In this document: in pieces, positions 27,542-36,309 of the stretch
How positions within the stretch are numbered: the first letter of the stretch is position 1
How the letters are laid out: each line of letters starts with the position of its first letter
Assembly (NCBI GenBank): GCA_049512315.1
Contig: JBEKXF010000011.1
Coordinates: 30,180-94,179 of the forward strand
Length of the DNA: 64,000 nt
Source of the DNA: Candidatus Aminicenantales bacterium
Lineage (GTDB): Bacteria; Acidobacteriota; Aminicenantia; Aminicenantales; Saccharicenantaceae
Direction: 5' to 3'
Translations under genes and position numbers: made by a program
Notes under the pieces: generated by a model
The model's input: the letters and a program-made list of their open reading frames with translations, nothing else
Told to the model about the DNA's origin: nothing
Database searches by the model: none

Positions 27542-27567
27542 GGAGGCCCCCCTCGCCGGGGGCCTCC
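27542..27567 (+). terminator. perfect 10-bp GC hairpin GGAGGCCCCC-ctcgcc-GGGGGCCTCC, 13 nt after the small-peptide stop; attenuator/terminator-like (no strong U-tract)
   Basis: Inverted repeat read directly; placement between a short highly-expressed-type gene and downstream co-directional genes. Confidence 0.4.
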
Positions 27568-27593
27568 CCGATTGTCTTCACGGAGAGCCGACG

Positions 27594-28598
27594 ATGACCC
27601 TGAAGCCCGTTTGGAAGCGAATGTTTTTTCTGCTCGCCCTGGCGGCCGGCTTTCCCCGCTCACCGGGGGCCGCCGCGCTCGATGGCCCTTCGGTCAGGCG
27701 CTACGTCGCTGAGGACGTGACCTCCGCCTTTGAAAAACCCGAGGAGGGCTGCCTCGCCTTGGCCGTCTCCCTGACGTTCGACGCCGATCATATCTACGTC
27801 GCCGACGCGGAGGATTGTGCCGTCAAGATCTTTTTGAAGAACGGCCGGTTCAAGTCCGGGGTCGGCCGGAAAGGCCGCGGGCCGGGGGAATTTTCCTTCC
27901 CTTCGGGCGTTTCGGTCCTCGGAGGGCGGCTCTTCGTGGCCGACAAGCTCAACCATCGGATCCAGGTCCTCGACCCTTCGGGGCGATATCTCCGGAGCTT
28001 CGGGGTCCCCTTTGCCCCGGACCGGGCCATCGTCCTCACGGCGGACAGGATGCTCGTCACTCACATTCCTTCCGGACGGTCGGGTCCGGAGAAGCTCCTC
28101 CACGCTTTCGACGGGAGGGGCAACCTTCTCTGGGAGGGCCTCCCGGCCCGTTTTTCGGGCGACCCCGTGTTCGACACGTTCCGGAACATGATCCTGGTTT
28201 CCGCCGGGCCGCGGGGCGATTTTTTCGTGGTCTTCCGCTGCCAGGAACGATCGATCCTTCATTACGGCCCAGGCGGAGATCTCCTGGCCCGGATCCCGGC
28301 GGACGGGCGCTACGTCTTCAAGACCCTATCCCTTCCGGTCAGGGGGCCGCGGAAAACGATCGACGGCTTCTGCTGGGACTGCTCGTTCGACCGCGAGCGC
28401 TTTTACCTTTTGGCCCCGGCCTACACGGAGGAAAGAGACCTGGGTCCCGGAGATCAGGTCTTTGTCCTCGATGCGACCGGCCGGCTCGAAGCCCAGATCA
28501 GCCTCCCGTCCCAGGTGGGGCGGATGGCCGTGGACGGTGACAGGATCTACGCGGTGGACCGGGCGGGCGGGCTCCGGGTCTTCAGGATCGTCCGATGA
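27594..28598 (+). CDS. NHL-repeat six-bladed beta-propeller protein, secreted
   Basis: Signal peptide MTLKPVWKRMFFLLALAAG; repeated NHL-type blades (YVADAEDCAVKIF, GPGEFSFPSGVSVLGGRLFVADKLNHRIQVLD, RIYAVDRAGGLRVF); start at internal ATG with GGAGAG RBS. Confidence 0.7.
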   Translation: MTLKPVWKRMFFLLALAAGFPRSPGAAALDGPSVRRYVAEDVTSAFEKPEEGCLALAVSLTFDADHIYVADAEDCAVKIFLKNGRFKSGVGRKGRGPGEFSFPSGVSVLGGRLFVADKLNHRIQVLDPSGRYLRSFGVPFAPDRAIVLTADRMLVTHIPSGRSGPEKLLHAFDGRGNLLWEGLPARFSGDPVFDTFRNMILVSAGPRGDFFVVFRCQERSILHYGPGGDLLARIPADGRYVFKTLSLPVRGPRKTIDGFCWDCSFDRERFYLLAPAYTEERDLGPGDQVFVLDATGRLEAQISLPSQVGRMAVDGDRIYAVDRAGGLRVFRIVR

Positions 28599-29062
28599 TC
28601 CCGCGGAGCGCGGCACTGTTCGTTCTCGCCTTGGGGGCGGCCCTCCTGACCGCCTCGCCGGCCGACGTCGAAGTCCGGATCTGTCTGAGCCTCGAGGAAG
28701 CGACCGGTCAGGCCGGACGCCCCGTCCTTCTCGTCTTTTTCTCGACGGAATGCCCCTCCTGTTATGACGACCTTTTCGAAGCGAGATATCTCGTCGAAAA
28801 GGCCGGCTTCGACGTGACCGTCATCGGCGTCTTCTCCGGACCGAGGGATAGGCTCCGGGCCTTCCTCGAAAAATTCGCCTGGACCCTGCCCGTCGTTCTG
28901 GACAGGAGAAAAGCGCTTTTCCGGAAGTTCCGGGTGGACATGGTCCCTTATAAGGCCCTCCTCTCGGGAGGAGAGGCGGTCTATCGCGACGACCCTTACA
29001 AAGATTACGGCCGGCGCCGGGAGGATCTCGAAAGATGCTTGAAAAAAATGTTTTCCCGCTGA
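28595..29062 (+). CDS. periplasmic thioredoxin-fold protein (TlpA/redoxin-like, CPSC motif)
   Basis: Signal peptide; VLLVFFSTECPSCYDDL CxxC motif; ATGA overlap with NHL gene stop. Confidence 0.7.
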   Translation: MIPRSAALFVLALGAALLTASPADVEVRICLSLEEATGQAGRPVLLVFFSTECPSCYDDLFEARYLVEKAGFDVTVIGVFSGPRDRLRAFLEKFAWTLPVVLDRRKALFRKFRVDMVPYKALLSGGEAVYRDDPYKDYGRRREDLERCLKKMFSR

Positions 29063-29769
29063 CGGTCCGGCTGACGCGCCTGAAGCTCCGGGCCTCGAAG
29101 TTCACCCTCGCCTTGGCGGTCTTTCTTCCGGCTTTCCTCGTTTTCCTCGGCGTCCGGACGACCTACGGCACGGCGATGAAGTTTTTCCTCTTTTTCTTTC
29201 CCTATGTTTTTCTCGTCGCCGCCCAGGATATGGTGGGGACGGAGGTCGCGGGCGGGGCCCTGGAGAACGTCCTTTTTCTCCGGGGCGGATTCAGGCGATA
29301 CCTCTGGCAGAAAAATTTCGCCCTGGCCGCGGCGGCCGCGGGCTATGCGGCTTCCCTGTTCTTTCTCGCCGCGCTCTGGGGGGTCGCCTGCGGGAAGTTC
29401 AATCCGCTCTCGGTCCCGCAATTCGGCCTCGGGCTTCTGGCCGGCTTTTATTATGTCGGGGCCGCCGGGGCGCTGAGCTACTTCCTCAAGGCCGGCTCCA
29501 ACGTGGTCGTCATCCTCCTCGCCCAGGCCGCCGCGCTCCTCGGGCTGCTCTTTTCCGCAACCTCGCGGACCGGCTTCATCGATCACCTCGGGACCGGGAG
29601 ATTCCCCGACCTGGGCTCCAGGCTCCTGTTCGTCGGCTTCACCTCCGTTTTTCCAAACCTGATCGTTTCGCCGCGGCTCCTCCGCGGCGGATTCACCGTC
29701 GCCGCGGGCCTGGCCGTCCTCCTTCTTTTTCAGAAGGCGCTGGTCCGGCGGCTCGAGCTCCGGAAATAG
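29035..29769 (+). CDS. ABC-2 type transporter permease (polytopic membrane protein)
   Basis: ~6 hydrophobic helices, no other domains; overlaps upstream gene by 28 nt and is followed 11 nt later by the ABC ATPase. Confidence 0.6.
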   Translation: MLEKNVFPLTVRLTRLKLRASKFTLALAVFLPAFLVFLGVRTTYGTAMKFFLFFFPYVFLVAAQDMVGTEVAGGALENVLFLRGGFRRYLWQKNFALAAAAAGYAASLFFLAALWGVACGKFNPLSVPQFGLGLLAGFYYVGAAGALSYFLKAGSNVVVILLAQAAALLGLLFSATSRTGFIDHLGTGRFPDLGSRLLFVGFTSVFPNLIVSPRLLRGGFTVAAGLAVLLLFQKALVRRLELRK

Positions 29770-29780
29770 GGAAGGACGAG

Positions 29781-30476
29781 ATGCTGTGCGTGAGCGGGCT
29801 TCAGAAAAGCTTCGGCCCAATCCAAGCCGTGCGGGACGTGAGTTTTTCGCTTGAAAAGGGCCGGACGACGGCTTTGCTCGGCGAGAACGGAGCGGGAAAA
29901 ACGACCACGCTGAAGATCATCCTCGGCTTCCTGAGACAGGATTCGGGTACGGTCGAGACGGGCGCCGGCCGCATCGGCTACGTCCCCGACCATCCCGTGT
30001 TTCTCCCCTGGCTCAGCGGGAAGGCCCTCCTGGACCTGACGTCCCGTTCCTCGGGGCTCGGGGGGCCGAAGTGGGCGGCGGGGGTCCGGAGGCTCTGCGA
30101 CCGGCTCCTCTTCGACCCGGCCCTGCTCGAACGAAGGCCCGGGACCTATTCCGCGGGGAACGCCAAGAAGTTCGCCTGCCTCCAGAGCCTGGCCATCGTC
30201 CCCGAGCTCCTCGTCGTCGACGAGCCCTTCTCCGCCCTCGACCCGCCGTCCATCAAAAGGGTCCGCGACCTCTTCGCGGAAACCCGGGACCGGGGGGCGG
30301 CCATCCTTCTGAGCTCGCACATGCTGGCGGAGATGGTCAAGATCAGCGACGATTTCATCGTCATCCGGCGGGGAGAGGTCGTGGTCCGCTCGGGGCTGCC
30401 GGAATTCCTGTCCCGTTTCCGGCCGGCGGGAGCCGGCGAGCTCGAGTCGGCCTTCCTGGGCCTCATGCGGGGCTGA
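29781..30476 (+). CDS. ABC transporter ATP-binding protein
   Basis: Walker A GENGAGKTT, ABC signature-like YSAGNAKK, Walker B LLVVDEPFSALD, H-loop SSHML. Confidence 0.8.
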   Translation: MLCVSGLQKSFGPIQAVRDVSFSLEKGRTTALLGENGAGKTTTLKIILGFLRQDSGTVETGAGRIGYVPDHPVFLPWLSGKALLDLTSRSSGLGGPKWAAGVRRLCDRLLFDPALLERRPGTYSAGNAKKFACLQSLAIVPELLVVDEPFSALDPPSIKRVRDLFAETRDRGAAILLSSHMLAEMVKISDDFIVIRRGEVVVRSGLPEFLSRFRPAGAGELESAFLGLMRG

Positions 30477-30487
30477 GCCGGGCCCGG

Positions 30488-32743
30488 CTATTTGGCCGCC
30501 GTCAGCCTCTCGATGGCCTCCGCGATCCGCCGCCGGTAATCGAGGAGGGCCTGGGGGTCCTTGGTGTATTCCTGGCCGGATTTGAAGAGCGAGGCGGGGA
30601 AATCGAGGAGTTTCTTCGCCTCGCGGGCGGCCTTGGCCGCCGCCCCCGGGGCTTCCCGGGCGGCTTTTTCCAATAGCTTGAAATACTCGTAGTCTTCGAT
30701 CCCCTCCCGCAGGATCTCCCAACGGATCGAATTCACCGGGCCGGTCAGGTACTTCGTCTTGTCCTTCCCGGGATGCCGGTTCGGCGGGTAGAGGAACCGG
30801 CCGTCTCCGTTCCCCCAATAATTGACCTGGCCATAGGGCAGGCCGTAGCCCACGGTGTAGGACATCGGGTCATCCCAGGGGTTCTGGAGCTCTCCGGCCG
30901 GGAAGAGCGTTGGGCTCGACCAGTAGTTGGCCCGCCAGACCAGGATCCCCTTGAGGCCGAACCGCTGCGACATCCAGAGCCAGATCCTCAGGTTGATGGC
31001 CGGGTGGTCGATGAAAAGCGTCACCCACGGCCCCTTGGGCGCGGTGCAGAGGTAGGACCAGAACTCCCGTCCCTGGGGCGCGAGTCTGGCCACGACGGCC
31101 GGGTCGACCTGGTGGAAAATCGTGCAGCTGATCTCGGAGACGTCCATGATGTCCGGCCCCGGTTTGTGTTCGGTGATGAACCGGGTCAGCTTGGAGCCGT
31201 TCTTCCGGATGTTGACCATCCCCGCGCGGACGAACGGATAGTCCTTGGGATCCGGCTCATCGAACCAGTAAATATATTCTTTTCCCAGCCAGCCGTTCTC
31301 TTCGAGGTGCTTCTGGATCTGCCCCAGGTGCGCGCTGAGGAGGTGGTCGTACTCGGGCGTGCCCTGGCGGAAGCCGCCGAACATCCCTTCCTGCTGCGAA
31401 TAGAACGAGCCCGTGCCGAGGCCCTTCAGCGGGAGGTCGAAGGAGTTGAAGCCGAATTCCCCGATATAGCGGCGGGCGGCCCGGTCGAATTCCCGGAAAT
31501 CCGTTTCGACCGCCATCCCGTTCATGTCCATCTCGAAATCCCCGCCCGGGACGAGGTTCGCAGTTCCGCCTGCGGCCGTCAGGGAAATGTCATCGAAATA
31601 GGCCGTCCCCGTAGCGGTCCCCGTCTCGTCGCGGAAGGCCGGGAAAAGATGGAGGACGACAGACTTGACCTCGGCCGGATAGGCCGGCGCCTCCAGCCGC
31701 TCTTCCTTCCATTCCTCTTGACCCTTGAAGACTTTGACCAGGTTGAGAGGGGGGACGGGCGCACCGCTCGCGTCGAGGGCCTGCAGGAAGACCGTATAGT
31801 CCTGCCCCGCTTTTTCCGTCCTGGCCCACCAGGCCAAGCGATAGGGGATCCCGGCGGAGACGGGGATGGGCGCGGCGCTCGCCGCTTCGACCGCCTCGTT
31901 CGGGCTCGAGTCGACGATCTTCAGGCTCCGCCGACCGCCGTGGGCCGGGCCGGACACGAACTCGCCTCCTTGCCACGGGATCCCGGAGAACCTGACTTCG
32001 AGGGGAAACAGGTCGCCGAAAGAGATCGGGGCGACCCGATGGGCCCGGAAGTTCTCCATGTAGAGGCCGTAAACCTTTTCCAATTCCTCCCGGGTGCTCA
32101 GGTTGTGGTAGGCCTTGATGTCGGCTGAGATGAGGCCGAAGGCGGACCGGATGCTCGGCGTCCGCGGGAGGGTGAAGTTCCAGACATGGAGACGGACTGG
32201 GACGGCGACGGACCATTCATCGGACGAAAGGACGACCTGGCCCTCGTAATCCCCCGCCGGCGTCCCCTCCGGCACGAAGACCGTGATCCAGAGCGGGCAG
32301 TTCTCGCCCGCCGGCGCGGTGAACGGCCCTTCGTACGGCGGCAGCGGATCGGGCCAATCGCCGGCGGCGCCGAGGGCGTCCGTGGGGCGGGTGACCTTGA
32401 CATAGCTCACGCGGGCGACGGAAATGTTCGACGCGGCGATCTCCGCTCCCGATCTCCGCCGCAGGGGGCCGGCTTCCAGCCGGACACTGGTCGCGGACTT
32501 CTTCGGGACGAGGACGACCTGGAAAGGCTCGTACTCGTTCCGGGCGGCCTGGATGACGACCGCCGCGCCGCGCCGGGCGGGAAGGGGGTCGGTCTTCCTG
32601 ATCTTGTAGGCCCCCGCCGCCCACCACACGGAAACGAGTGGGCCGTCCTTGATGAGCTCCCCGGCCGCATCCGCCCGCAGACGGGCCGGGGAGAGAATCG
32701 CCAGAGCCAATAAAAGGACCGGCAGAGCGCGCAATCTTTTCAT
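30488..32743 (-). CDS. secreted putative glycoside hydrolase (DUF4091-like), 751 aa
   Basis: Signal peptide MKRLRALPVLLLALAILSPARLRA; large beta-rich N-terminal region and C-terminal TIM-like region; family assignment from memory only. Confidence 0.55.
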   Translation of the reverse strand: MKRLRALPVLLLALAILSPARLRADAAGELIKDGPLVSVWWAAGAYKIRKTDPLPARRGAAVVIQAARNEYEPFQVVLVPKKSATSVRLEAGPLRRRSGAEIAASNISVARVSYVKVTRPTDALGAAGDWPDPLPPYEGPFTAPAGENCPLWITVFVPEGTPAGDYEGQVVLSSDEWSVAVPVRLHVWNFTLPRTPSIRSAFGLISADIKAYHNLSTREELEKVYGLYMENFRAHRVAPISFGDLFPLEVRFSGIPWQGGEFVSGPAHGGRRSLKIVDSSPNEAVEAASAAPIPVSAGIPYRLAWWARTEKAGQDYTVFLQALDASGAPVPPLNLVKVFKGQEEWKEERLEAPAYPAEVKSVVLHLFPAFRDETGTATGTAYFDDISLTAAGGTANLVPGGDFEMDMNGMAVETDFREFDRAARRYIGEFGFNSFDLPLKGLGTGSFYSQQEGMFGGFRQGTPEYDHLLSAHLGQIQKHLEENGWLGKEYIYWFDEPDPKDYPFVRAGMVNIRKNGSKLTRFITEHKPGPDIMDVSEISCTIFHQVDPAVVARLAPQGREFWSYLCTAPKGPWVTLFIDHPAINLRIWLWMSQRFGLKGILVWRANYWSSPTLFPAGELQNPWDDPMSYTVGYGLPYGQVNYWGNGDGRFLYPPNRHPGKDKTKYLTGPVNSIRWEILREGIEDYEYFKLLEKAAREAPGAAAKAAREAKKLLDFPASLFKSGQEYTKDPQALLDYRRRIAEAIERLTAAK

Positions 32744-32769
32744 GTCCGAAACCTCCCGGTTTCCCGAGC

Positions 32770-34044
32770 TCAGATGACCGTCCCGTCGGGAATGACGGCG
32801 TTCTTGGGGACGACGATGATCCCGTTGACGATGGTATAGCTCTCCGCCGACGCCGCGGCGGCCCCGTTCCTGTTGATGAGCTTGACCCCGCTTCCGATTC
32901 GGGCGTTCTTGTCGATGATGGCGTTGCGGACCTCCGAATCGGGGCCGATCCCGATCGCGGGGATGCCGGCCTCCCGGTCCCTCGCGAGGTCCTCGCGGGA
33001 TTCGAAGAAGTCGGCCCCCATGACCACGGTCCGCTCGACCCGGCAGTTCTCCCCGATGCGCGACCGGATCCCAATGATGGACTCCCGGACCCGGGAGCGG
33101 TCGACGATGCTGCCCTCGCAGAGGATGGCGCTCTCGACCTCCGAGGCCAGGATCTTGGAGCCGGGGAGGAAACGGGCGTGGGTGAAGATCGGCTTCTGCT
33201 CGTCGTAAAAGTTGAACTTCGGCAACGGGCGGGTGAGGTCCATGTGGGCCTCGAAGAAGCTCGGGATGGTCCCGATGTCCTCCCAGTAGCCGTCGAAGAA
33301 GTGGCTGAACACCTTCCGGTCCTGGATGGCGTGGGGGATAACCTCCTTGCCGAAGTCCTTGGAGTCGGTGTGGGCCAGGAGCTCCTTGAGAACGCTCCGG
33401 CTGAAGATGTAGACCCCCATGGAGGCGAGGTGGGACCTGTCGGCCGGGAGGCCGGCCCTCCGGAGGACCTCCTCCGGGGCCCGCATCCGCTCGATGTCCG
33501 CCGGGTTTTTCGGCTTCTCGGAAAACTCCGTGATCCGGCCTCGCTGGTTGACTTTCATCACCCCGAAGTCGGGGGCCTGGACGGCCGCGACCGGGGTGAC
33601 GGCGATGCTGATCTCGGCGCCCGAAGCCAGGTGCGATTCGACGAACTTCCTGTAATCCATCCGATAGAGATGGTCGCCGGAAAGGATGAGGACGAGATCG
33701 CCCACGTCTTCGATGAAGCCGAGGTTCTGCCGGACGGCGTCGGCCGTGCCCTGGTACCAGTTCCGGTTCTCGAGGGTCTGCTGGGCCGAGAGGAGGGTGA
33801 TGAAGTCCTGGTGGAAATTGTCGAAGCGATAGGTCGTGAAAATGTGGCGATGGAGCGATTCGCTCGAGAACTGGGTCAGGACGAAGATCTTCCGGAAGTC
33901 GGAGTGGATGCAGTTGCTGATCGAGATGTCGATGAGTCGGAACTTGCCGGCGATGGGGACGGCCGGCTTGCTCCGGACCTTGGTCAGCGGGTAGAGCCGG
34001 CTGCCCTGCCCGCCCGCCATGATGATGGTGACGACGTTGGGCAT
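32770..34044 (-). CDS. glgC: glucose-1-phosphate adenylyltransferase
   Basis: N-terminal IIMAGGQGSRLYPLTKVRSKPAVPIAG nucleotidyltransferase motif and C-terminal left-handed beta-helix repeats. Confidence 0.9.
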   Translation of the reverse strand: MPNVVTIIMAGGQGSRLYPLTKVRSKPAVPIAGKFRLIDISISNCIHSDFRKIFVLTQFSSESLHRHIFTTYRFDNFHQDFITLLSAQQTLENRNWYQGTADAVRQNLGFIEDVGDLVLILSGDHLYRMDYRKFVESHLASGAEISIAVTPVAAVQAPDFGVMKVNQRGRITEFSEKPKNPADIERMRAPEEVLRRAGLPADRSHLASMGVYIFSRSVLKELLAHTDSKDFGKEVIPHAIQDRKVFSHFFDGYWEDIGTIPSFFEAHMDLTRPLPKFNFYDEQKPIFTHARFLPGSKILASEVESAILCEGSIVDRSRVRESIIGIRSRIGENCRVERTVVMGADFFESREDLARDREAGIPAIGIGPDSEVRNAIIDKNARIGSGVKLINRNGAAAASAESYTIVNGIIVVPKNAVIPDGTVI

Positions 34045-34060
34045 GATTGCACCTCCGGGC

Positions 34061-35185
34061 CTAGCGGAGCGCTCTCAAGACGGCTTTGACCGCCTCCCGC
34101 TTTTCCGGAGATCCCTCGAGCGCGGCCCAATTCCAGAAGACGACCCCCCGGGACGGAGGTTTCAGGGCTTCGGTCAGGGCTTCCTTGAATTCGGCCGCCG
34201 ACTCCGGCCCCGGGATGTAGGCCTCCTTGACCTGGATGCTGGGGATGACCGAGGCCTTCGTCGTCCGCTCGACGTCCTCGACGACCGAATGGATCCAGGC
34301 CGGGGTCTGCTTGACCATGTGGTGGTAGCACATCGGCGAGATGTAGTCGGTGAGCGGGGCGAGAAGGGCCAGGTCCTGCCCGGCGATGATCTTGGCGGCC
34401 CCGCCGAAATCGTCACTCCGCCAGGGGACCGCGTGGATGTTGACCTTGATCCCGGGCTTCATTTTGCGCGCTTCGCCCGCCAGGGTCTTGACTACGCCGG
34501 CGATAACGCCGCATTTCCATTCCGTCCATTCGCGGAGATGGTTGGAGAGGATCCAGCGGGCGGTTTCGGCCGTTCCGGCGATCGTCGCCGGGGCCGCGAT
34601 CCCCGTCGCCTTCCGGAAGGATTCGAGGCAGGAGGCATCGAAGCAGGAGTTCTGGAGAGACTCCAGGGTCCGGTCCGGGTAGACCATCTCCCAGAAGACG
34701 AAGAAGCGGATGAAGTCCAGGCTGACGCCCTCCGGGTCCGTCTCCCGGACCAGTTTCCTGAGTTCCCCGACCTTCTCCGCGAGGTAGTCCTTCCGGGTCG
34801 GGCAGACGAATTTCACCCAGTCCTCTTCGGCCCGGATCCCTTTGTCCGTCACGGCGTAAAGGTCGGGCCGTCTCGTGAGCTCCTCGGCGTTGAAGAAAAC
34901 CGGGAAGATGATGAAGGTCGCGATGCCGTTTTTTTTCGCCAGGCCCCTGAACTCGGGATTGGAGATGAGGTCCGGGCTGACGAAGGCGGTGTTGATCCCG
35001 GTTTCCCGCAAGGCCTCGAAAAGGGCCGGGAAGCTTCCGGAATATTCATAGATCTTGGCCCCGACCATGAGCCCGCCCCTGGCCGGATCACGGGCCTGCC
35101 GCCCGAACGTGACCGAGAGCGCAAGGACAACGCCCGCCACGAGGACGACGGCCACCCAGACCCAGGTGCGAAGGGTTCTCATCAC
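34061..35185 (-). CDS. hypothetical membrane-anchored protein, possible glycoside-hydrolase-like TIM barrel
   Basis: N-terminal TM helix; globular 340-aa domain with conserved-looking Cys/His/Trp positions; no confident family. Confidence 0.5.
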   Translation of the reverse strand: MMRTLRTWVWVAVVLVAGVVLALSVTFGRQARDPARGGLMVGAKIYEYSGSFPALFEALRETGINTAFVSPDLISNPEFRGLAKKNGIATFIIFPVFFNAEELTRRPDLYAVTDKGIRAEEDWVKFVCPTRKDYLAEKVGELRKLVRETDPEGVSLDFIRFFVFWEMVYPDRTLESLQNSCFDASCLESFRKATGIAAPATIAGTAETARWILSNHLREWTEWKCGVIAGVVKTLAGEARKMKPGIKVNIHAVPWRSDDFGGAAKIIAGQDLALLAPLTDYISPMCYHHMVKQTPAWIHSVVEDVERTTKASVIPSIQVKEAYIPGPESAAEFKEALTEALKPPSRGVVFWNWAALEGSPEKREAVKAVLRALR

Positions 35186-36132
35186 GGCCGCTTTCCCTCA
35201 CTGAGCGGCAGGACTTCGCGCAGTGAAAAATCGACCCAGATGATCCCCATCTCCTGCCTGACCCTCTTCCGGATGGCGTCGCCGATCGTCTTGGGCGGGT
35301 CGGGGAGCTTCGACCACCAGGGCTTATCGGTGTTGTAACCGATCTGGAAAACGACCAGGTTGGGATAGAACGCCGGGGCCCAGCTTTCGGAGAATTCCTT
35401 GATCATGGGCTCCATGTCCGGGAAGATCTGGCTGTCGTCGACGAAGACGATGTCCCCCCGGTACGTCGGCGGCATCCACTTCTTGTCCCAATGTTTCAGG
35501 AACAGCCGGTAGGCCGGGTTATGGGACTTGACCTTTCCTTCCCAGGCCCGGGCGGTGGCGTCGTCCACGGCCATCCCGGTCTCGGGGTGGTCCGCCGTCT
35601 TGTTCCATTCAACGTCGACACCGAAGCCGATGACCGAGCGGTGGTGTTTGTAGCGGCCGAGGACGAGGTCGATGAGGGCACCTATGTCCGCGTTGGCCGG
35701 CTCCACCTGGAGGAAAACCTTGATCCCGGCCCGATCGAATTCACTGAGATAGCGCTCGTGCTTGTCGGCCTCTTCGAACTCCACGTTGGGGAAGGGCTTT
35801 CCATCGGAGGGGAATTCGAGGTGAGCGAACCGCGGCGTCTTGGCCATGGTGCCGACGATCCAGATGCCGCAGGGCGTCGACCCGGGGAAGTAGGCGGTCA
35901 TGGCCCCGATGGCCTTTTCCCAGGCGGCCGGCTCGGGGAAGGGCTTGAGGCCGTACTTCGACGAGCGGACGCCGGCGTAGACGACCCTGGCCGGGCCGGC
36001 TGGCGCGGCCTGCGGCGGGACGGTCTTTTCCGCCGGCTTTTCGGCGCAGGCCAAGGCGAAAAGAAGAAAGGCGGCGAGGGACGCTATCAAGCACTTCGGC
36101 GGGCGGCTCGGGAATTTTGTTTTCACGGACAT
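35182..36132 (-). CDS. hypothetical secreted/lipoprotein-like protein (possibly polysaccharide-active)
   Basis: Signal peptide with FALAC; 4-nt overlap with upstream gene (operon with 34061 gene). Confidence 0.5.
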   Translation of the reverse strand: MSVKTKFPSRPPKCLIASLAAFLLFALACAEKPAEKTVPPQAAPAGPARVVYAGVRSSKYGLKPFPEPAAWEKAIGAMTAYFPGSTPCGIWIVGTMAKTPRFAHLEFPSDGKPFPNVEFEEADKHERYLSEFDRAGIKVFLQVEPANADIGALIDLVLGRYKHHRSVIGFGVDVEWNKTADHPETGMAVDDATARAWEGKVKSHNPAYRLFLKHWDKKWMPPTYRGDIVFVDDSQIFPDMEPMIKEFSESWAPAFYPNLVVFQIGYNTDKPWWSKLPDPPKTIGDAIRKRVRQEMGIIWVDFSLREVLPLSEGKRP

Positions 36133-36309
36133 GCCATCCCTCCCGGGTTGAATTCTTCACGCCGGACGTTCGGCCTGACGGAATCCTATCCCAGGGCGGG
36201 GACGGCCGTCAAGAACGCGGCCCGATCCAGCACCCATCGTCATCCTCGTTGAACCCGTCCTTCTCAAACGAGGAAGGATTGTCCGCCCCGGTTGTGCTAT
36301 CATGAAAAA

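Noticed and set aside
27406-27597. 63-aa ORF overlapping the small Cys-peptide gene 3' end and hairpin
   Set aside because: Pro/Arg/Gly-rich translation in an alternate frame of the better-supported signal-peptide ORF. It spans the hairpin and the NHL gene RBS.
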